A stretch of DNA of 64,000 nt from the NCBI RefSeq assembly GCF_009914755.1, contig NC_060947.1. One strand, given 5' to 3'. Within the stretch, counting starts at the first letter, position 1. Every line of letters starts with the position of its first letter. The notes under the pieces are model-generated. The model saw only the letters and a list, made by a program, of their open reading frames with translations. It searched no databases and had not been told where the DNA came from. Positions 13,370 through 27,445 of the stretch are shown piece by piece. The stretch is from the human T2T-CHM13v2.0 reference genome, Homo sapiens. Position numbers and translations under genes: made by a program.

Positions 13370-14799
13370 CTATAATTGGGGGTCATTTTTTGGGCTTTAT
13401 TCTGTTCTATTGATTCAATTATTAAGCCAGTACCACACTGTCTTGATAACTGTAGTGTTTTATACTAAGTCATAAAGCCAGGTAGTATAAGTTCTTAACT
13501 TTGTTCCTTTTTTTGAAAATCGTTTTGGCCATTCTATGTCCCTTGATTTTCCATGTAATTTTAGACTTAATAGATCAATTTCTACAAAAATTGCTGAGAG
13601 TTTTTTATTGGAATTGCATTGTTTCTACAGATCAGTTTCTGAGAGCACTGCCATCTTAATAATATTGAGTCTTTCAATCTATGAAATGGTATATTTCTAC
13701 ATTTATTTAGATCTTTAATTTCTCTTAGCAATGCTTTGTCTTTTTAGTGTAGAGGTCTTAGAAATATTTCGTTATGTTTATTATGTTATACATTATATTA
13801 TAGGTATATATGTTATGTTATATACATATTATATATTACATTATGTTACATGTTTGAATTATTTCATGATTTTTGATGCTATAAATGGAATCAGTTTTTA
13901 AATTTCATTTTCTAGTTGTTTGTGATCCTAATTGTTTTTTTATATTAACTTTGTATCCTGCAACTTTAGTAAATTCGCATATTACTTCTAGCATTTGTTT
14001 TGTAGATTCTTTTGACCTTTGCGTGTAAATAACCATATCATCAGCAAATATAGATAATTTTACTTTTTCTTTTTCATTCCTTTTGCCTTTTATTTCTTTT
14101 TATTCTTCATTTTGCTGTACTGAACTGGTTAGGACCTCCTGCACAATAATGAATAGAAATGATGACAGGGGGTAACCTTGCCTTTTAATAGTCCTAGGAG
14201 ATAACATTTAGACTTTCACCATTGAATATGAAGTTAGCTGTAGGTTTAAACATTTTTTTTATCACATTCAAAAAGTTCCCTTTTCTTCTTAGTTTGCTAA
14301 CAGTTTGTATGATGAGTAGTGTTGAATTTTTTTCTACATTTATTCTAATTATCATATAGTTTTTCTCCCTTATTCTGATTATATGGTGGGTTACGTTCAT
14401 TGATCTTTAAATGTTAAACGACCTTGCATTCCTAAGATAAACTCTATTTGGTCATCATGTATTATCCTTTTTATATATTATTGAATTCAATTTGCTATAT
14501 TTTGTTAATTTTTTTGCATCTATATTCATGAAGGATGTTAGTCTGTGAAATTCTTCCTTGGACTGCCTTTATCAGGTTTTAAAATTAAGGTGATACTGGC
14601 CACACAAAATAAATTGGGTGGTGGTCTCTCATTCTTTATTTTCTGAAGATGGGGGGTTTGATAAGATTCATGTGATTTTTTTCCATAAACATCTGATTGA
14701 GTTTACTAGTGAAATTATCTAAGTCTGGAGTTTCCTTTCTGGAAAAGTTTTTAACCATGAATTTAATTTTTTCTAAGATATATGGCTATTCTCTCTCAC

Positions 14800-15590
14800 A
14801 CCATGCATCCAATACATCAGCATATCCTATGGGCTTGACCTTCAGAATATGTCATGAATCTCACCTTTTCTTATCACCTCCTTGGCTATCATCTTGCACC
14901 AAACATCCATGGTCTCTTTCTCTTTTCTCATTATTGCAGTAACTGCCTTACTGGACTTTTTGTCTCTGCTCTGGCTTCTTGTAGTATATTCTCAAAATAC
15001 AGTAGCTGGTGTGCCTTTTAACATAAGTCAAATTGTGTCACTACAAAAAATCCTCACCCAGAGTAAAAGTTAAAATCCTTGCAGTAGCCTATAAGGTTCC
15101 ACATGGTCTAGAAGTGCACTATACCTCTCACCTCTCGTTCTTCCACTTTTCCTCTCATTTACTTTTCTCCACACTGGCCTTTTTGCCATTCCTTGAGCTG
15201 GCCAAGCATACTTTGCCCCAGGGCCTTTGCATGGGCTTTCCCTTCTGCTTAATATACTTTCTCCCCAAATATCTACAAATCTTGCTCCCTCATCTCCTTC
15301 TAATTTTGCATAAATGTTATCTTCTAAATGGAACCATCCCTGAACACCTTATTTAAAATTCCCAATGTTCCGTTGCATTCCTTGTCCTTCTTCCCTCTTA
15401 TCTTGTTCTCTACACACATATGACTCTGTAATATACTATATACCGTTTACTCATTTTGTTTATCTATTGTCTCTGTAAGTTCTATGACAGTATGAACGTT
15501 TGTTAATTTTAGTCACCATTGCATCTGAGAATCTAAAACAGTACCTGGAAAATAGAAGCTACTCAATAAATATTTGTGAAAAGAATGAAC
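14800..15590 (+). mobile_element. L2 (L2a-like) 3' portion
   Basis: CCCCAGGGCCTTTGCA...CTCAATAAATATTTGTGAAAAGAATGAA terminus. Confidence 0.8.
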
Positions 15591-16227
15591 TATGCACCTG
15601 GAATCATACAGTATTTTCAACAGAGGAAAACTAATATGTGTAAGTTTTCCAAAGACAACTTTGATGAAAGTGTCTTTTCACTAATATCCTTAGCTTTCCT
15701 CATTTAAAAAATGAGGAGTTTTTTTTTGAGTTTGGATCTTTTGTAAATACATGGAATCATAAGATAGTGATTCAACATCGTTCAACAACCTTGTTCAACA
15801 ACAGTCTCAAGGGACTTATTCTCAGGAGCAATATGTTATTTTACAACAGTTGACAGAACTAAGAGATGGAATTGCTGAGTGAAAATTGTTAGTTATCAAT
15901 CCCAATAATCCCTTCCCATGCTAGAATACTTTTCATTATAGTACACCCCAACAAAAGTTCTGTGCTTCTCATTTAATACAAATACACATAAGACAGGAAA
16001 GAGAGAAGTCCTACTGTGAGTTTATGGTCATTTGAATAAATGAGCTTTGGAAACACTGATAGTTTAAAACTATTTTTTTTGTTTGTTTGTTTGGCACCCT
16101 TGAAGTTTTTATACTCTGGGGCAAGGCACAGTAAGATTTGAGAATCCAGAGAAATATGACTTCCTTTGAAATATGGAAAAGAATACTTGTGAAAGGAGAC
16201 ATCGGAAAGAAAACCAGATATAATGTG

Positions 16228-16603
16228 TGCTATAAAATTTGAATACAGGTGTCTTTATAAAATTCATATGTTGGAACGTAAACCCCAGGGTGGTGATATT
16301 AAGAGGTGGGGCCTTTGGGGAAGTGATTAAGTCATGAGGGCTCTGCCCTTATAAATGGACTAGTGCTCTTATAAAAGATGTTAAAGGGAACACTGTAGTG
16401 CCTTTTGCCTTCCATCTCTTCTGCCATGTGAGAACATGGCAAGAAGGCACTGTATAACAAACAGGCCCACACCAGGCACTGAATCTGCAGATGCCTTGAT
16501 CTTGGATTTCCCAGCCTCCCAAACTGTAAGAAATAAATTTCTGTTCTTTATAAATTACCTGGTCTAAGGTATTTTGTTATAGCAGCATGAATGTACTAAG
16601 ACA
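16228..16603 (+). mobile_element. MLT1A0-type MaLR solo LTR
   Basis: GAGGTGGGGCCTTTGGGG...GCCTTGATCTTGGATTTCCCAGCCTCC...AATAAATTTCTG...ACTAAGACA. Confidence 0.85.
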
Positions 16604-17369
16604 ATGCACATCTCAAGTAGCTCAATTTTAGGAGATTGCATATATGTGGAAGTTGAGTTGAAATTGATTCCTCAAAACTATTTATGGCCGTATGCAACTT
16701 TGAAAGCCTTTAAAGGTATAGCCCCAGTTTGAAGATTGCAGCTACAATTTTAACTCATTTTGTTCTGCAGCTTTAATCTTCTTAAATTATTTTGGTAAAC
16801 ATAGATTTCATGGAGGGGATGGGCTATTTATGATACAGATTTTAATAACTGTAATCTTCCTTAGCTTTTCTTTAAATGTGAACTGATGAAGATAGAGCCT
16901 AAAGTTAGAGATGTCTGTGAAATGTTCCCACATGTGTGACCAGCCTGTACCTAGTAAGTTGCTTCATTTTCCCTCACAGGGTCTTCTTTGGGATACAGAA
17001 GCTTCATTGGGATGGATGGAAAATTGCAGCTTCTTCTAAGTGCTTTGTAACCTGGAACATGTGGAAGCTTTAAAACAATTTTATTGTAAACTTCTAAATC
17101 AAAAGTCCTGTTTCTTTCTAAATTTATTTGGAAAATGTCCATGAATACTTAAAAAGAGAATCATATTGTACTTTTCTTTATAGCTGTGTTTTCCTGTTAG
17201 GCCATTGTATTGACTGTCTATTTCTGCATCACATTATAACAGTTACCCCAAAACTCTGAGGTAGATATGGTTGGTGCCCTACTCATATCCACTAAGACAA
17301 CAAACATTTATCATCCCACAGCTCAGTAGTTGTGTGGGCTTGCCTTTTAATTTACAAAAGTGATTTACT

Positions 17370-17592
17370 TTACACATTGATTTGCATATGCTTTTTCATT
17401 TAATGATATATCTTGGAAACCCATCTATATCAGAAAATAAAGATCTACTACTGCTTAGCAACCACGGTAAGAATATACAATAATTTGTTTAACTATAAGT
17501 CTCCTATCGATGCATGCTTTGGATGTCTCTAGGTTTTCACTATTGCAAAGAAGGTTGTAATTAACATCTTTACACATATATCACTATACATT
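17370..17592 (-). mobile_element. old L1ME fragment (resumes at about 18475-18600)
   Basis: ATATCTTGGAAACCCATCTATATCAG...TTTTCACTATTGCAAAG...AACATCTTTACACATATATC. Confidence 0.55.
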
Positions 17593-18474
17593 TGTGATTG
17601 AACTACCCAGCATCCTCCCAGCTTCTCCCTTCTCGACAGTACCCAGATTTTCTATGTGCCTTTGAGGAAGACAACCCGTCTTTATCTCTGGGGGTAGATA
17701 CCAATTGATTTAATCCATGTAGCAAAGTCATTAGTTCAGAGATAAGCCTCTAACTCAATCCAGTCCAATTATACTAAATATAAGCATTTTTGCTTGGAAC
17801 ATTGACACTGAAGTGCTTTCTATATTCTACAATATATGTAGCCCCAGTTGGGACTGGTACTCACTTAATGACCACCATGGAAACGATTGTTTGGATAAAA
17901 TTAATCCTAGAAATCAGAATGGAGAGGAGAGAATCTTCAATGGCATTGTTGAGCTGATGGGTCACCCAATCCAAAATCTATCTGAGGCAGATGTTATTGG
18001 TCCCCTACCCATATCCACTTGTTTTTACCACTTCAGTGTCCACTGGCCCAAATTCTAATTGTCAGTACTGAATTTGTTGTCTGAGGGGTTTCTCTTACTA
18101 CTGGAGTCCTCTGTCTAGCACAGTGGAATTAAAGCTCCTTAAGATAATCTTTCAACCCTGTGGCCCTAGGATGGATGACCTCTGAGGCAATACGTTTTAC
18201 ACTGTTTCTCAGGGTTTTTCTATTGAAATTAAATTCTAGTTGTCCACAGTGGAAATTAGCTTGATGATACACCCTATATTGGCTGTCATCTCATTCCTGT
18301 ATCACTTTTCTACTGTTTTGTCAATTTTTTTCACCTCCTAAAAAAAGCTCAAATTATAAACCATCTTATGCCTGAATTTTCCAAGTCTGTAAACCAGCAA
18401 ACCCCCTTTATTGTTTAAGCTGGATGGCATTGATTTTCTGTTATTTGCTAGAAAAAAAGGTTCTAAATAAAACA
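17593..18474 (+). mobile_element. ancient MLT1 LTR containing a nested LTR16-like ERVL LTR (about 17995-18345)
   Basis: MLT1 start TGTGATTGAACTACCCAGCATCC and end TTGTTTAAGC...TTTTCTGTTATTTGC; the insert has LTR16 motifs CTACCCATATCC and CTAGTTGTCCACAGTGG. Confidence 0.5.
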
Positions 18475-19240
18475 TATCTTTTGTGCGCATATATGAGGGT
18501 CAGTTTTGTGGACATATCTGTGCACTGAGTATTTTGGGGCTAAAAGTACACACATTTTACATTTATATAGACATTGACCTCCAGAACAGTTATAACAATT
18601 TGCAAAAGATTTCTCTGCAAAAAATATTCCTTGCTATAGTTACCCAGATGGTTCTCTTTTCTTTACAAAATTCCCCAATGGTACTGAGTGCTAAAGTGAA
18701 TTTGAATAACCTGAAGCTTTTAAAGATCTTCATAACCTGTTCCAGTAACTTCTACCCAATCAATTATGCTCTGCACATACGTGAGGATTTTCAATGACAA
18801 CCCAACACAGAAGCAGTCTTTTTACTTCTTATGAAGTTTCTTGTTTGCTTATCAATGCAACTCTATGGGAGTTATCTCCCCATTAATAGCTTTGGTTTTA
18901 CAGCGAATCATTGATTCAACATTGTAGCTGTGTTGAATTAAACTATTGATTGATTTCACATGGAGTGAGTAAGTAACATTATATATTATCTTAAATTTTC
19001 TTGCAGACTGAGTTGCCTCCCCCTCCTCCAGGCACAGTATTGTCACCATGAGAAGTATTGATAGAAATCTCTTCCCTAGTAAAATATTGAATTTCTTGGC
19101 ATTTTTACTACCCTGTAGTATTACCGATTGTCTAAATCCCATCTTATATAAACAAACTTTAATAATATACTTAATGTCTTTGAGCCAAAAATAACTGGAC
19201 CTCAACCTTTTTGATAACAAAAGACAATGTGTTGAGCATC

Positions 19241-19663
19241 TGTGTTAGTCTGTTTGCATTGCTATAAAGAAATACCTGAGGCTGGGTAATTTATAAAGAA
19301 AATATATTTATTTTGGCTCATGGTTCTGCAGGTTGTACTGGAAGCATGGTACCAGCATCTGCTCCTGATGGGGGGCTCAGGAAGCTTCTAATCACGGCAG
19401 AAGGCAAAGGGGGAGAAAGCACGTCATATGGTGAGAGGGAAAGTAAGAGAGAGGAGAAAGAGGAAGTTCCAGCCTCCTTTAAACAACCAGATCTTGCATG
19501 AACTCATAGAGCAAGAACTCACTCATTATCATGAGGATAGCACCAAGCCATTCATGAGGAATCTGCTCCCATGATCCAAGCACCTCTCACCAGGCCCACC
19601 TCCAACATTGGGGATTATATTTCAACATGAGATTTGGAGGGGACAAACATCCAAATTGTATCA
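19241..19663 (-). mobile_element. MSTB MaLR solo LTR
   Basis: TGTGTTAGTCTGTTTGCATTGCTATAAAGAAATACCTGAG...CATGAGATTTGGAGGGGACAAACATCC; perfect TSD GCATC. Confidence 0.9.
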
Positions 19664-20547
19664 GCATCTATTAATCCAGCCCCATGAGTGCCATTTAGAA
19701 CATGCCATGTTTAAAGCCTATAACTTAGCTGTCTCTTGGAGCTCTAGAGAAGGTGAACTAGAATCTCCCCTCTCCTGTGTCTTCTGCTTCATTGAAATCT
19801 TCCTTCCCAAAGCAAACATTTGGCACACTTTGTATTAGAGCGTTTCCCTGCTTATCCTTCCTCCTTGTGAAATCCCATTGACAATATCAGTGAGGTTAAG
19901 GGTAGAGATTGAGATTTTAGCACTTTTAGTTTAAGAATACCACAGGGGAAATGAGACAAAAGATTTTTATGGGCCAGAAAATGCTCTATTTTGGTAAATG
20001 TTCTCTGTGTACTTGAAAAGGATGTGTATTTTGTATTTTTTTGTGTTGCATAAATGCTAATTATGTCAATTTGTTTAAAGTGTTGTTCAGGTCTTCTATA
20101 TCCTTGTTGATTTTCTGTTAATTTGTTCTCTCAATTATTGAGAAAAATATGGGGAAATCTCTTAGTATAATGATGGATTTTTCTATTTCTTCTTATACTT
20201 CTATCAGTTTTTAATTGATGTAATAATCCTGTTATTAGGTGCATACAACTTTAGGATTGCCATATCCTCTTGCCGAATTGGACTCTTTATGAAAAGACCC
20301 TCTTTACTCTTATTCGTATTATCTCCAATGAAATCTACTTTGTCTTATATCATTATAGCAACTCCTGCTTTTTTAAAGATTGGAATTAGCATGGTATAAC
20401 TTTTCTTATATTTTTATTTTTAACCTATTTGTATCCTTATATTTAAAGTAGGTTTCTTAAAAGTAGCATATAATTGGGTCTTGGTGTTTTTAAATCCAGT
20501 CTGGCAATCTCCATTTTAATTGGGTGCTTAAACTATTTACATTTAAT

Positions 20548-21086
20548 ATTAAATTAATTATCTATTGCTGCAAAAGAGTATTACCACAAATGTAACAGCT
20601 TAAAACAACACTCATTTATCGCACTGTTTCCGTGGGTCTGGAATTCAGGCACAGTTTAGCTGGGTCCTCTGCTTTAAGATATTTCACAAGGTTGAAATCA
20701 AAGAGTTAGGTAGGACTGGGGTCTCATCTGAGGCTCAACTGAAGGAGAATCACTTTCTAAGCTAATGTGGCTGTCGGCAGGATTCAATTCCTTGCATGCT
20801 GTCACAATGAGGGTCACTCTTAGTTTCTTGCCATGTGAACTTCTTCATATGGCAGCTTACTCCATCAAAGCCAGTAAGAGAGACAATGACAAAGTCTACT
20901 CAAAAGATGGAAGGTATAATCTTATATAACAATCATGGAGGTGACATCTCATTACCTTAACCATATTATATCAGAATCAAGTCACAAGTTCCACCTACAC
21001 TCAAGAGGAGAGCATGAATATACACAAGGGCATGAAAAGAAGGAGACAGGAATAATTGGGGGCCATCTTAGAGTCTGTTCACCACA
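20548..21086 (-). mobile_element. MLT1E-type MaLR LTR
   Basis: GCTTAAAACAACAC...TTAGCTGGGTCCTCTGCT...GGGGCCATCTTAGAGTCTG. Confidence 0.8.
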
Positions 21087-21466
21087 CGTTATTATAGATA
21101 TGGTTGGGATTATATCTAACCTTTTATTATTTATTTTCTATTTTTCCTTTGCTCCTTTTTCCTCTTTTGCTCTCACCTTTTAGATTGAGTAATTTTTATG
21201 ATTCCATTTTATCTCCTATATGAGTTTTACCTATAACTTGTATGTGTGTGTTATTATAGTGGTGGCTTTAAAATTTATAGTACATATCTTTAACTTACCA
21301 TGGTCTACCTTCAAGTAATATTACACTACTTCCTATATAGTATAAGGACCTTACAACACTATCATTTCTCACCTCCTGGTCCTTGTGTTACTGTTGCCAC
21401 ACATTCTACTTCACCTGTTATAAACTTCACAATACATTGTTATTTTTGCTTTAAGTGGCTGATATC

Positions 21467-21772
21467 TTTTTTTTTTTTTTTTTTTTTTTTGAGATGGGGT
21501 TTCACTCTTGTTGCCCAGGCTGGAGTGCAATGGCGCGATCTCGGCTCACCGCAAACTCTCCCTCCTGCGTTCAAGTGTTTCTCCTGCCTCAGCCTCCTGA
21601 GCAACTGAGATTACAGGCATGCACCACCATGCCCGGCTAATTTTGTACTTTTAGTAGAGACAGGATTTCTCCATGTTGGTCAGGCTGGTCTCGAACTCCT
21701 GACCTCAGGTGATCTGCCCGCCTTGGCCTCCCAAAGTGCTGGGATTACAGACGTGAGCCACCGTGCCTAGCC
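21467..21772 (-). mobile_element. AluSp
   Basis: Diagnostic TTTCTCCATGTTGGTCAGG and CTCTTGTTGCCC; TSD AGTGG(C/T)TGATATCTTT. Confidence 0.92.
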
Positions 21773-23156
21773 AGTGGTTGATATCTTTTAAGGAGACTTA
21801 CATAATGAGAAAATTTCTTTAAATTTATTCATATAGTTATCATTTCTAGTGTTCTTTTTTGTGAATGTCAATATTTTAATCTTTTATTTTCTGTGATTTT
21901 TTTGTAATTTTTTTGTCTCCTTCTGATGAATTCTTTTATTTTTGGAAGTCTTCAAAAGTCTTTATTTTGCCATCATTTTGAAAGATATTCTTTCTGTGTG
22001 CAGAATTCTAGGTTGATCATTTTTTCTTCCAGTACTTTAGAGATATTACCCCATGGTCCTCTAGCTTACATTGCTTCAATGAAGAATCTGCTGTAATCCT
22101 TATCTTTGTTTTTCTGTGCTTGATATGTATTTTTTTCTTCTGGCTGCTTTTAATATTTCCTCTTTATTACTTGTTTTAAACATTTTGGTTATAGAGTGTC
22201 TTTCTGTGCTTTTCTTCATGTTTCTTACACTTGAGGTTTGTTCAGCTTCTTGAATCTGTGGGCTTGTAGTTTTTCATTAAATATGAAAATTTTGTCGACT
22301 ATTTCTTTAAATATGTTTTCTGTCCTCTCCATCCCCCTTCTCCTTCAGAGATGATAACTGCATATGTATTTGTCCACCTGAAATTGTTTCATAGACCACT
22401 GATGCTGTGCTCTTCCCCATTTTATGTTTATTTTATTTTGGATAGTTCCTATTGCTAATTTGCTTAAGTTTACTAACATTTTCTTTTGCAGTATCTAACC
22501 TGCTGGGTCTTTCTCAAATCTTCCATGTCTCTATTTATCAGTTTCAATCTTTCCTCTATATTTTGAACAAATGAAATAGTTATAATTTTTTAAGATTTCT
22601 GCATTTGTGTCAGCTCTATGCGAATTTCCATTACTTGGATTTTTTTTTTTTCATTTTGGGCCATTTTTCTGCTTCTTTGAATGCCTGGTAATTTTTTACT
22701 AGATGCCAGATATTGTGAACTTTATCTTGTAGGATGTTGTATAATTTTGAATTTCTATAAATATTCTAAAGCTTTGTTCTGGGGTACAGTTAAGTTACTT
22801 AGAAATATCTTGATACTTTTGAGTCTTGATTTTAAGTGTTGTTATGTGAGACCAGCGCACTATGTAGTCTGATGATATTTTTCCTCATGACTGAGGCAAA
22901 ACTCTTTTTAGTATTCTATACAATGCCCTGTGAATTGTAAGTTTTCCACTCAGCCTGCTAGGAATGGATGCTATTCTTATCCCTGTGCGATCTCCAGGGA
23001 TTTCTCCTTTTAAACTTCTCTGGTGTTCCTTCCCTCATGTGCTTGTACTGGCCCATACTCAGCTGAATACTCAAGAGGAACACTGCAGGTCTCCAGAATT
23101 ATTTTTCTGTGCAACTCTTATATACAGCTTATATTTTTGAGAGAAGGGTCTAAGTC

Positions 23157-23567
23157 TGTCTTAGATTGGGTACTTTAGAAATAGACCCTGAGATGTGGAT
23201 TCTTTTGCAAATGCCTTATTCAGGAAGTGTTCTCAGGAGGAGGAGATTAAGGGAAGCAAAACAGAAAAGAGTCAAGCCAGGATATGATCTCACCTGGAAA
23301 CCATCTCAGCCGGATTTTGTATGGGAGCTCTGAAGCACAAATTGCACTACAAAGTTTGTTCCACCTTTAGGCAAGGGTGGGGATATAAGAGCTTTTGTAC
23401 ACACTTGTCACTAAGTTAGTGAAACAAGCTGCCCCTTGCAGGAGATGACCCCCTTAGTGACACATCTCCCAGTAATACAATGATAACAGCCAGCACTCAC
23501 AGCATTTAAAGGATGGATATATGGACTGAGTATAGGGATCTGGGCAGAAAAACAATATCTCCTATAT
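23157..23567 (-). mobile_element. LTR33-family ERVL LTR
   Basis: TGTCTTAGATTGGGT...AGACCCTGAGATG...GGGAGCTCTGAAGCACAAATTGCAC. Confidence 0.6.
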
Positions 23568-23923
23568 TGTTTTATGAATCCTTATCCCCTCAATGTTTTA
23601 TACTTGATAGGCATTCTACATGTGAATGTCTTAAAATATAGAACGGCAGCCATATCACATTTCCAAGAAATAAATTATTTCATTTAGGTACATTTTCTAG
23701 GTGTTGAAGATTGCACTTTTAAATACTTTTTGATGGGAATGTTTCTGAAAGATATCATATATTATCCTTACACACCACATAGAAGATAATAAGAACAAAA
23801 TGATGTTTTTTTATGATGATTCAGGGTGATAATTTAGAAACCTTAAATACTTTGCTGGGGTGCAAATCAGTAGGATTTTTCTTTCTAAATCTTTAGGTGA
23901 ATATTGGAACCCACTGTACAAGG

Positions 23924-24301
23924 TGATATGGTGGGGCTTTGTGTTCCCACCCAAATCTCATCTTCAATTGTAATCCCCATAATCTCCACATGTCAAGGGA
24001 GAGACCAGGTGGAGGTAACTGAATAATCATGGGGGTGGTTTCCCCCATGCTGTTCTCATGATAGTGAGTGAGTTCTCACAAGATCTGATAGTTTTATAAG
24101 GGGCTCTTCCCCCTTCACTTGGCACTTCTCCTTCCTGCTGCCTTGCGAAGAAGGTGCCTTGCTTCCTCTTTGCCTTCCACCATGATTGTAAGTTTCCTGA
24201 GGTCCCCCCAACCATGTGGAACTGTGCATCAATTAAATTTCTTTTCTTTATAAATTACCCAGTCTTGGGCAGTTCTTTATAGCAATATAAAAACAGACTA
24301 A
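23924..24301 (+). mobile_element. THE1C-type MaLR solo LTR
   Basis: TGATATGG...CCCACCCAAATCTCATCTT...CCATGATTGTAAGTTTCCTGAGG...AATTACCCAGTC; TSD CAAGG. Confidence 0.9.
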
Positions 24302-25069
24302 CAAGGCATCTGCTGGGCTGTCAGTTATACACTGTCACAGCTCTTAATAGTATACTGACTTCTTGCAAGTTTCTTCAATTTCAAATTTCTGAGGTCTGAG
24401 AAGTTTGATGATCAAAGATGTCAGGTTTGTGAGAAAATAAGCTGCCAAGTTATGTCCTGAGGGCCTCTCCTAGAGTGGATTACTGGGCTTTAGTGTTTTG
24501 GCAATCAACACGTGATGTATCAAGTGCTAAAACATGTTGTATTGGGTTCTCATTTGTGGTCCTGCTATGCATCCTGGGACACTCTAAGATGCAGCATCTG
24601 TGGGAACACTGTATTCAGAATCCATTCACTATTAATTTATGATTGACTTTTTAGATGAGAGAAAGATTTGAGCTGACAAATATCATCCTTACAGGTGTTA
24701 AAGAATTGAAGAAGAGACCAAGTTTTCTTTGGCTTATTTTCTGATTTAGAATCTTTAAAATTCATAGTTGTTTTTACAGTCTGAGATTAGGGAAGATTTT
24801 AAAGTAGTGAAGAAATAGAACGGAGTGTAAGAAAAGCAGATTAAGTTTGCATCTCAGTGTTTCATGGTCTCTGAAACGTTTGTTTCCTTTTTCCAAAATG
24901 GCAGGGAATTCAGTGGTACATTCTATGTGGTAAGCAGGGACTTATTTATGTCTCTTCCCTGACAGGAAGCTGAAAATAGAAAGTATCCTAATATCCACAG
25001 CTCTTTTTCTACATGATGTAAGAAATGCTCAGGAACTGAATGTGAGTTGAATAGTGAGTGCTGTGATCT

Positions 25070-25275
25070 ACTGAGTGAGTTTGGCACAATGATGTGCTTG
25101 AGTCAGCACCATGAGAGCTAATTGTGTGTATACCTTTCTAACTCTGCCTTTAGTGACATCTCATTGATAGCTAGAAATTTGCCATGGTGGGAATATTCAC
25201 ACCATAATAATTGGCAAACACATATCAGGGCTTTTTTACCCGGAGATCCAATTGTTAAACATGTACCAGCATATC
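25070..25275 (-). mobile_element. MER63-like hAT-Blackjack MITE
   Basis: GCCATGGTGGGAATATTCACACCA...TTGTTAAACATGTACCAGCA. Confidence 0.6.
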
Positions 25276-25649
25276 CCAATCCCAAGAACAGATGCCTTGG
25301 CCATAAACACTAACGTTTTGTTCAAGAACATCTTGTTGGACAAAGAAAACAAATTGCTTGAAATGTTTGTCAGGAGAGACATCAGAAAACCTAGTTCCTT
25401 CATTTTTTAAAATAACAACAACGAAAAAACTGAGGCTCATAACTGAATGGAAATCAAGTTGCCTAAATCAAATATTATTTAAAGAGCAATGTAGGTATCA
25501 GAACCAGGTCTCTTAATTCTGATCAGAGAGTTTTAAAAAATTATTTTAAATAATACATATTACTAATAATGTAATGTTTTAAAATGAAAAAATATAATAC
25601 AATTTAATAAGAAGTATATTAGTAATTAAGTATGTTAATCTTTAATGTA

Positions 25650-25872
25650 TATAATTAGTGATTGAATACTTACTATGTTCTAGGTACAGAACTGGTAACT
25701 TAAGGTATTATCTTGTTTAACCTCTAATACCATCATGTACATTATGACCGCCACTTTACTAAAATAATCAAACATAAGAGGGGTCATGTAACTTGCATGA
25801 GTTCACACAGCTAGTGAGTAGCAGAAGCTGGGATTTGAACAAGGCCCTTCTGTCTTCAAAGCCTGCTCTTCT
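25650..25872 (-). mobile_element. MIR SINE
   Basis: TTGAATACTTACTATGTTCTAGG...CACACAGCTAGTGAGTAGCAGAAGCTGGGATTTGAAC. Confidence 0.75.
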
Positions 25873-26336
25873 CCATGTGCCAGATTGCCTTTACAAACAT
25901 GACATTGGCAGGTTGAGATTGCGCCCCAATGGGGAAAATTTTTATTTAATTTTAAAATGCTTTGGAAAATAAAAATAAAGCTAAGCAGAGAAATGAGACT
26001 TTCCTCTTGAGCTGCAGTGCTTCTTTTTATAGCATTCTCTCCCATCTCCTCATAGAGATCTATACAGAAAAACAGCCTGCCATTTACAGCAGGTAGCTTT
26101 GTGCCTCTGCAATGCTCCCTTGAGGTTGCAAGATTCCTGCTGTGTCACATTGGCTTGGCCCTGCTGGGAAAATATACTGATCAGGACTTGATTGCTCCAC
26201 TGATAACCTACCATCTATCAATTTGGTTAAATATGTCTCTTACTCGTTTATGTGGCCTACTGAAGGGAAATTTGACACAGCTTCTGATTGCCTTCTAGGA
26301 AAGCAAGTTTTATTTTTTGCTAAGTTTTGTCCACAA

Positions 26337-26375
26337 GTGTGTGTGTGTATGTGTGCGTGTGTGTGTGTGTGTGTG
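26337..26375. repeat. (TG)n microsatellite
   Basis: Interrupted GT repeat. Confidence 0.9.
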
Positions 26376-26493
26376 CATCTACTTATGTGTTTAATCCTCT
26401 AGTTTATAACAGAAATTCTTCTTTGAAACAAAAGTAATTCTTTATGGATACAATGTAACCTTAAACTCTCATAGTATATTAGAACACTTTCTT

Positions 26494-26801
<308 letters not shown>

Positions 26802-27445
26802 TGAACACTTTCTTGAATCTGAGAAATTCACTTCTTTGAGCTTGCTAAATAGTTTTTAATTTGTAATATTCTTAAAAGACAAAATATTCTGCATTTGTGG
26901 GTGAAATAATCGTTTTAGAATGTGTTCCCAAATTGCATTGTCAATTCAAACCTGGCAATAGTTCAAGTAGGCTATAAGAAACAGATGAAAAGGCTTGGAA
27001 GCATGTGTTTCCACTAAGGGCATGAGGCTGGGAGGGCTATAACTGGAGGCTATTTCAGAACAGCCGTATGTCTGGGAGTAAATCTTGGAATCCAAGGTGA
27101 AATGCAGACTAAACTGCTCATGTGATACTATATTGGATAAACAGAGGCACTCATATATTTGGGCAGGCTGAGTACAACTACATTCATCTTCAACTTGAGA
27201 ACAGTCTTTCTCTCCCTGGTAAGATTCTCCTGGTTGGCTCAATGTGCAGCTAAAGGAGGAATAGACAGTGAAGGCCAGAGGTGGAGAAGTGGAGTGTGAC
27301 TGGAAAACAATTCAGATCTTTGAGATGACCAGGACAGTGGTGTGATGACAGAAGACTCAGTCAGATATTCTTCTTGTTCAGACTATTCTGGTCTCTATAG
27401 CTGGTTGTTAAACCACCACATAAGAAAGGCTTAAGGAATAACAAT

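Larger units (their letters stand above)
11445..14780 (-). mobile_element. L1ME-type LINE (3' UTR plus part of ORF2), interrupted by FLAM and an MST LTR
   Basis: Typical antisense L1 motifs: GAACATTGCCATCACTCCAGAAAG, CATTTCCTTGATGACTAATGATG, CCAGTACCACACTGTCTTGAT, GAAGTTAGCTGTAGGTTT. Confidence 0.85.
19970..23120 (-). mobile_element. ancient L1M (ORF2 endonuclease, ORF1 and 5' region), interrupted by MLT1E and AluSp
   Basis: GTACTTGAAAAGGATGTGTATT, TTATTAGGTGCATAC, CATATAATTGGGTCTTG, AGAATTCTAGGTTGA, TCTGCTGTAATCCTTAT. Confidence 0.8.

Noticed and set aside
18852-19220. 122-aa minus-strand ORF
   Set aside because: Non-ATG start, no recognisable motif and no exon context; length expected by chance in 64 kb
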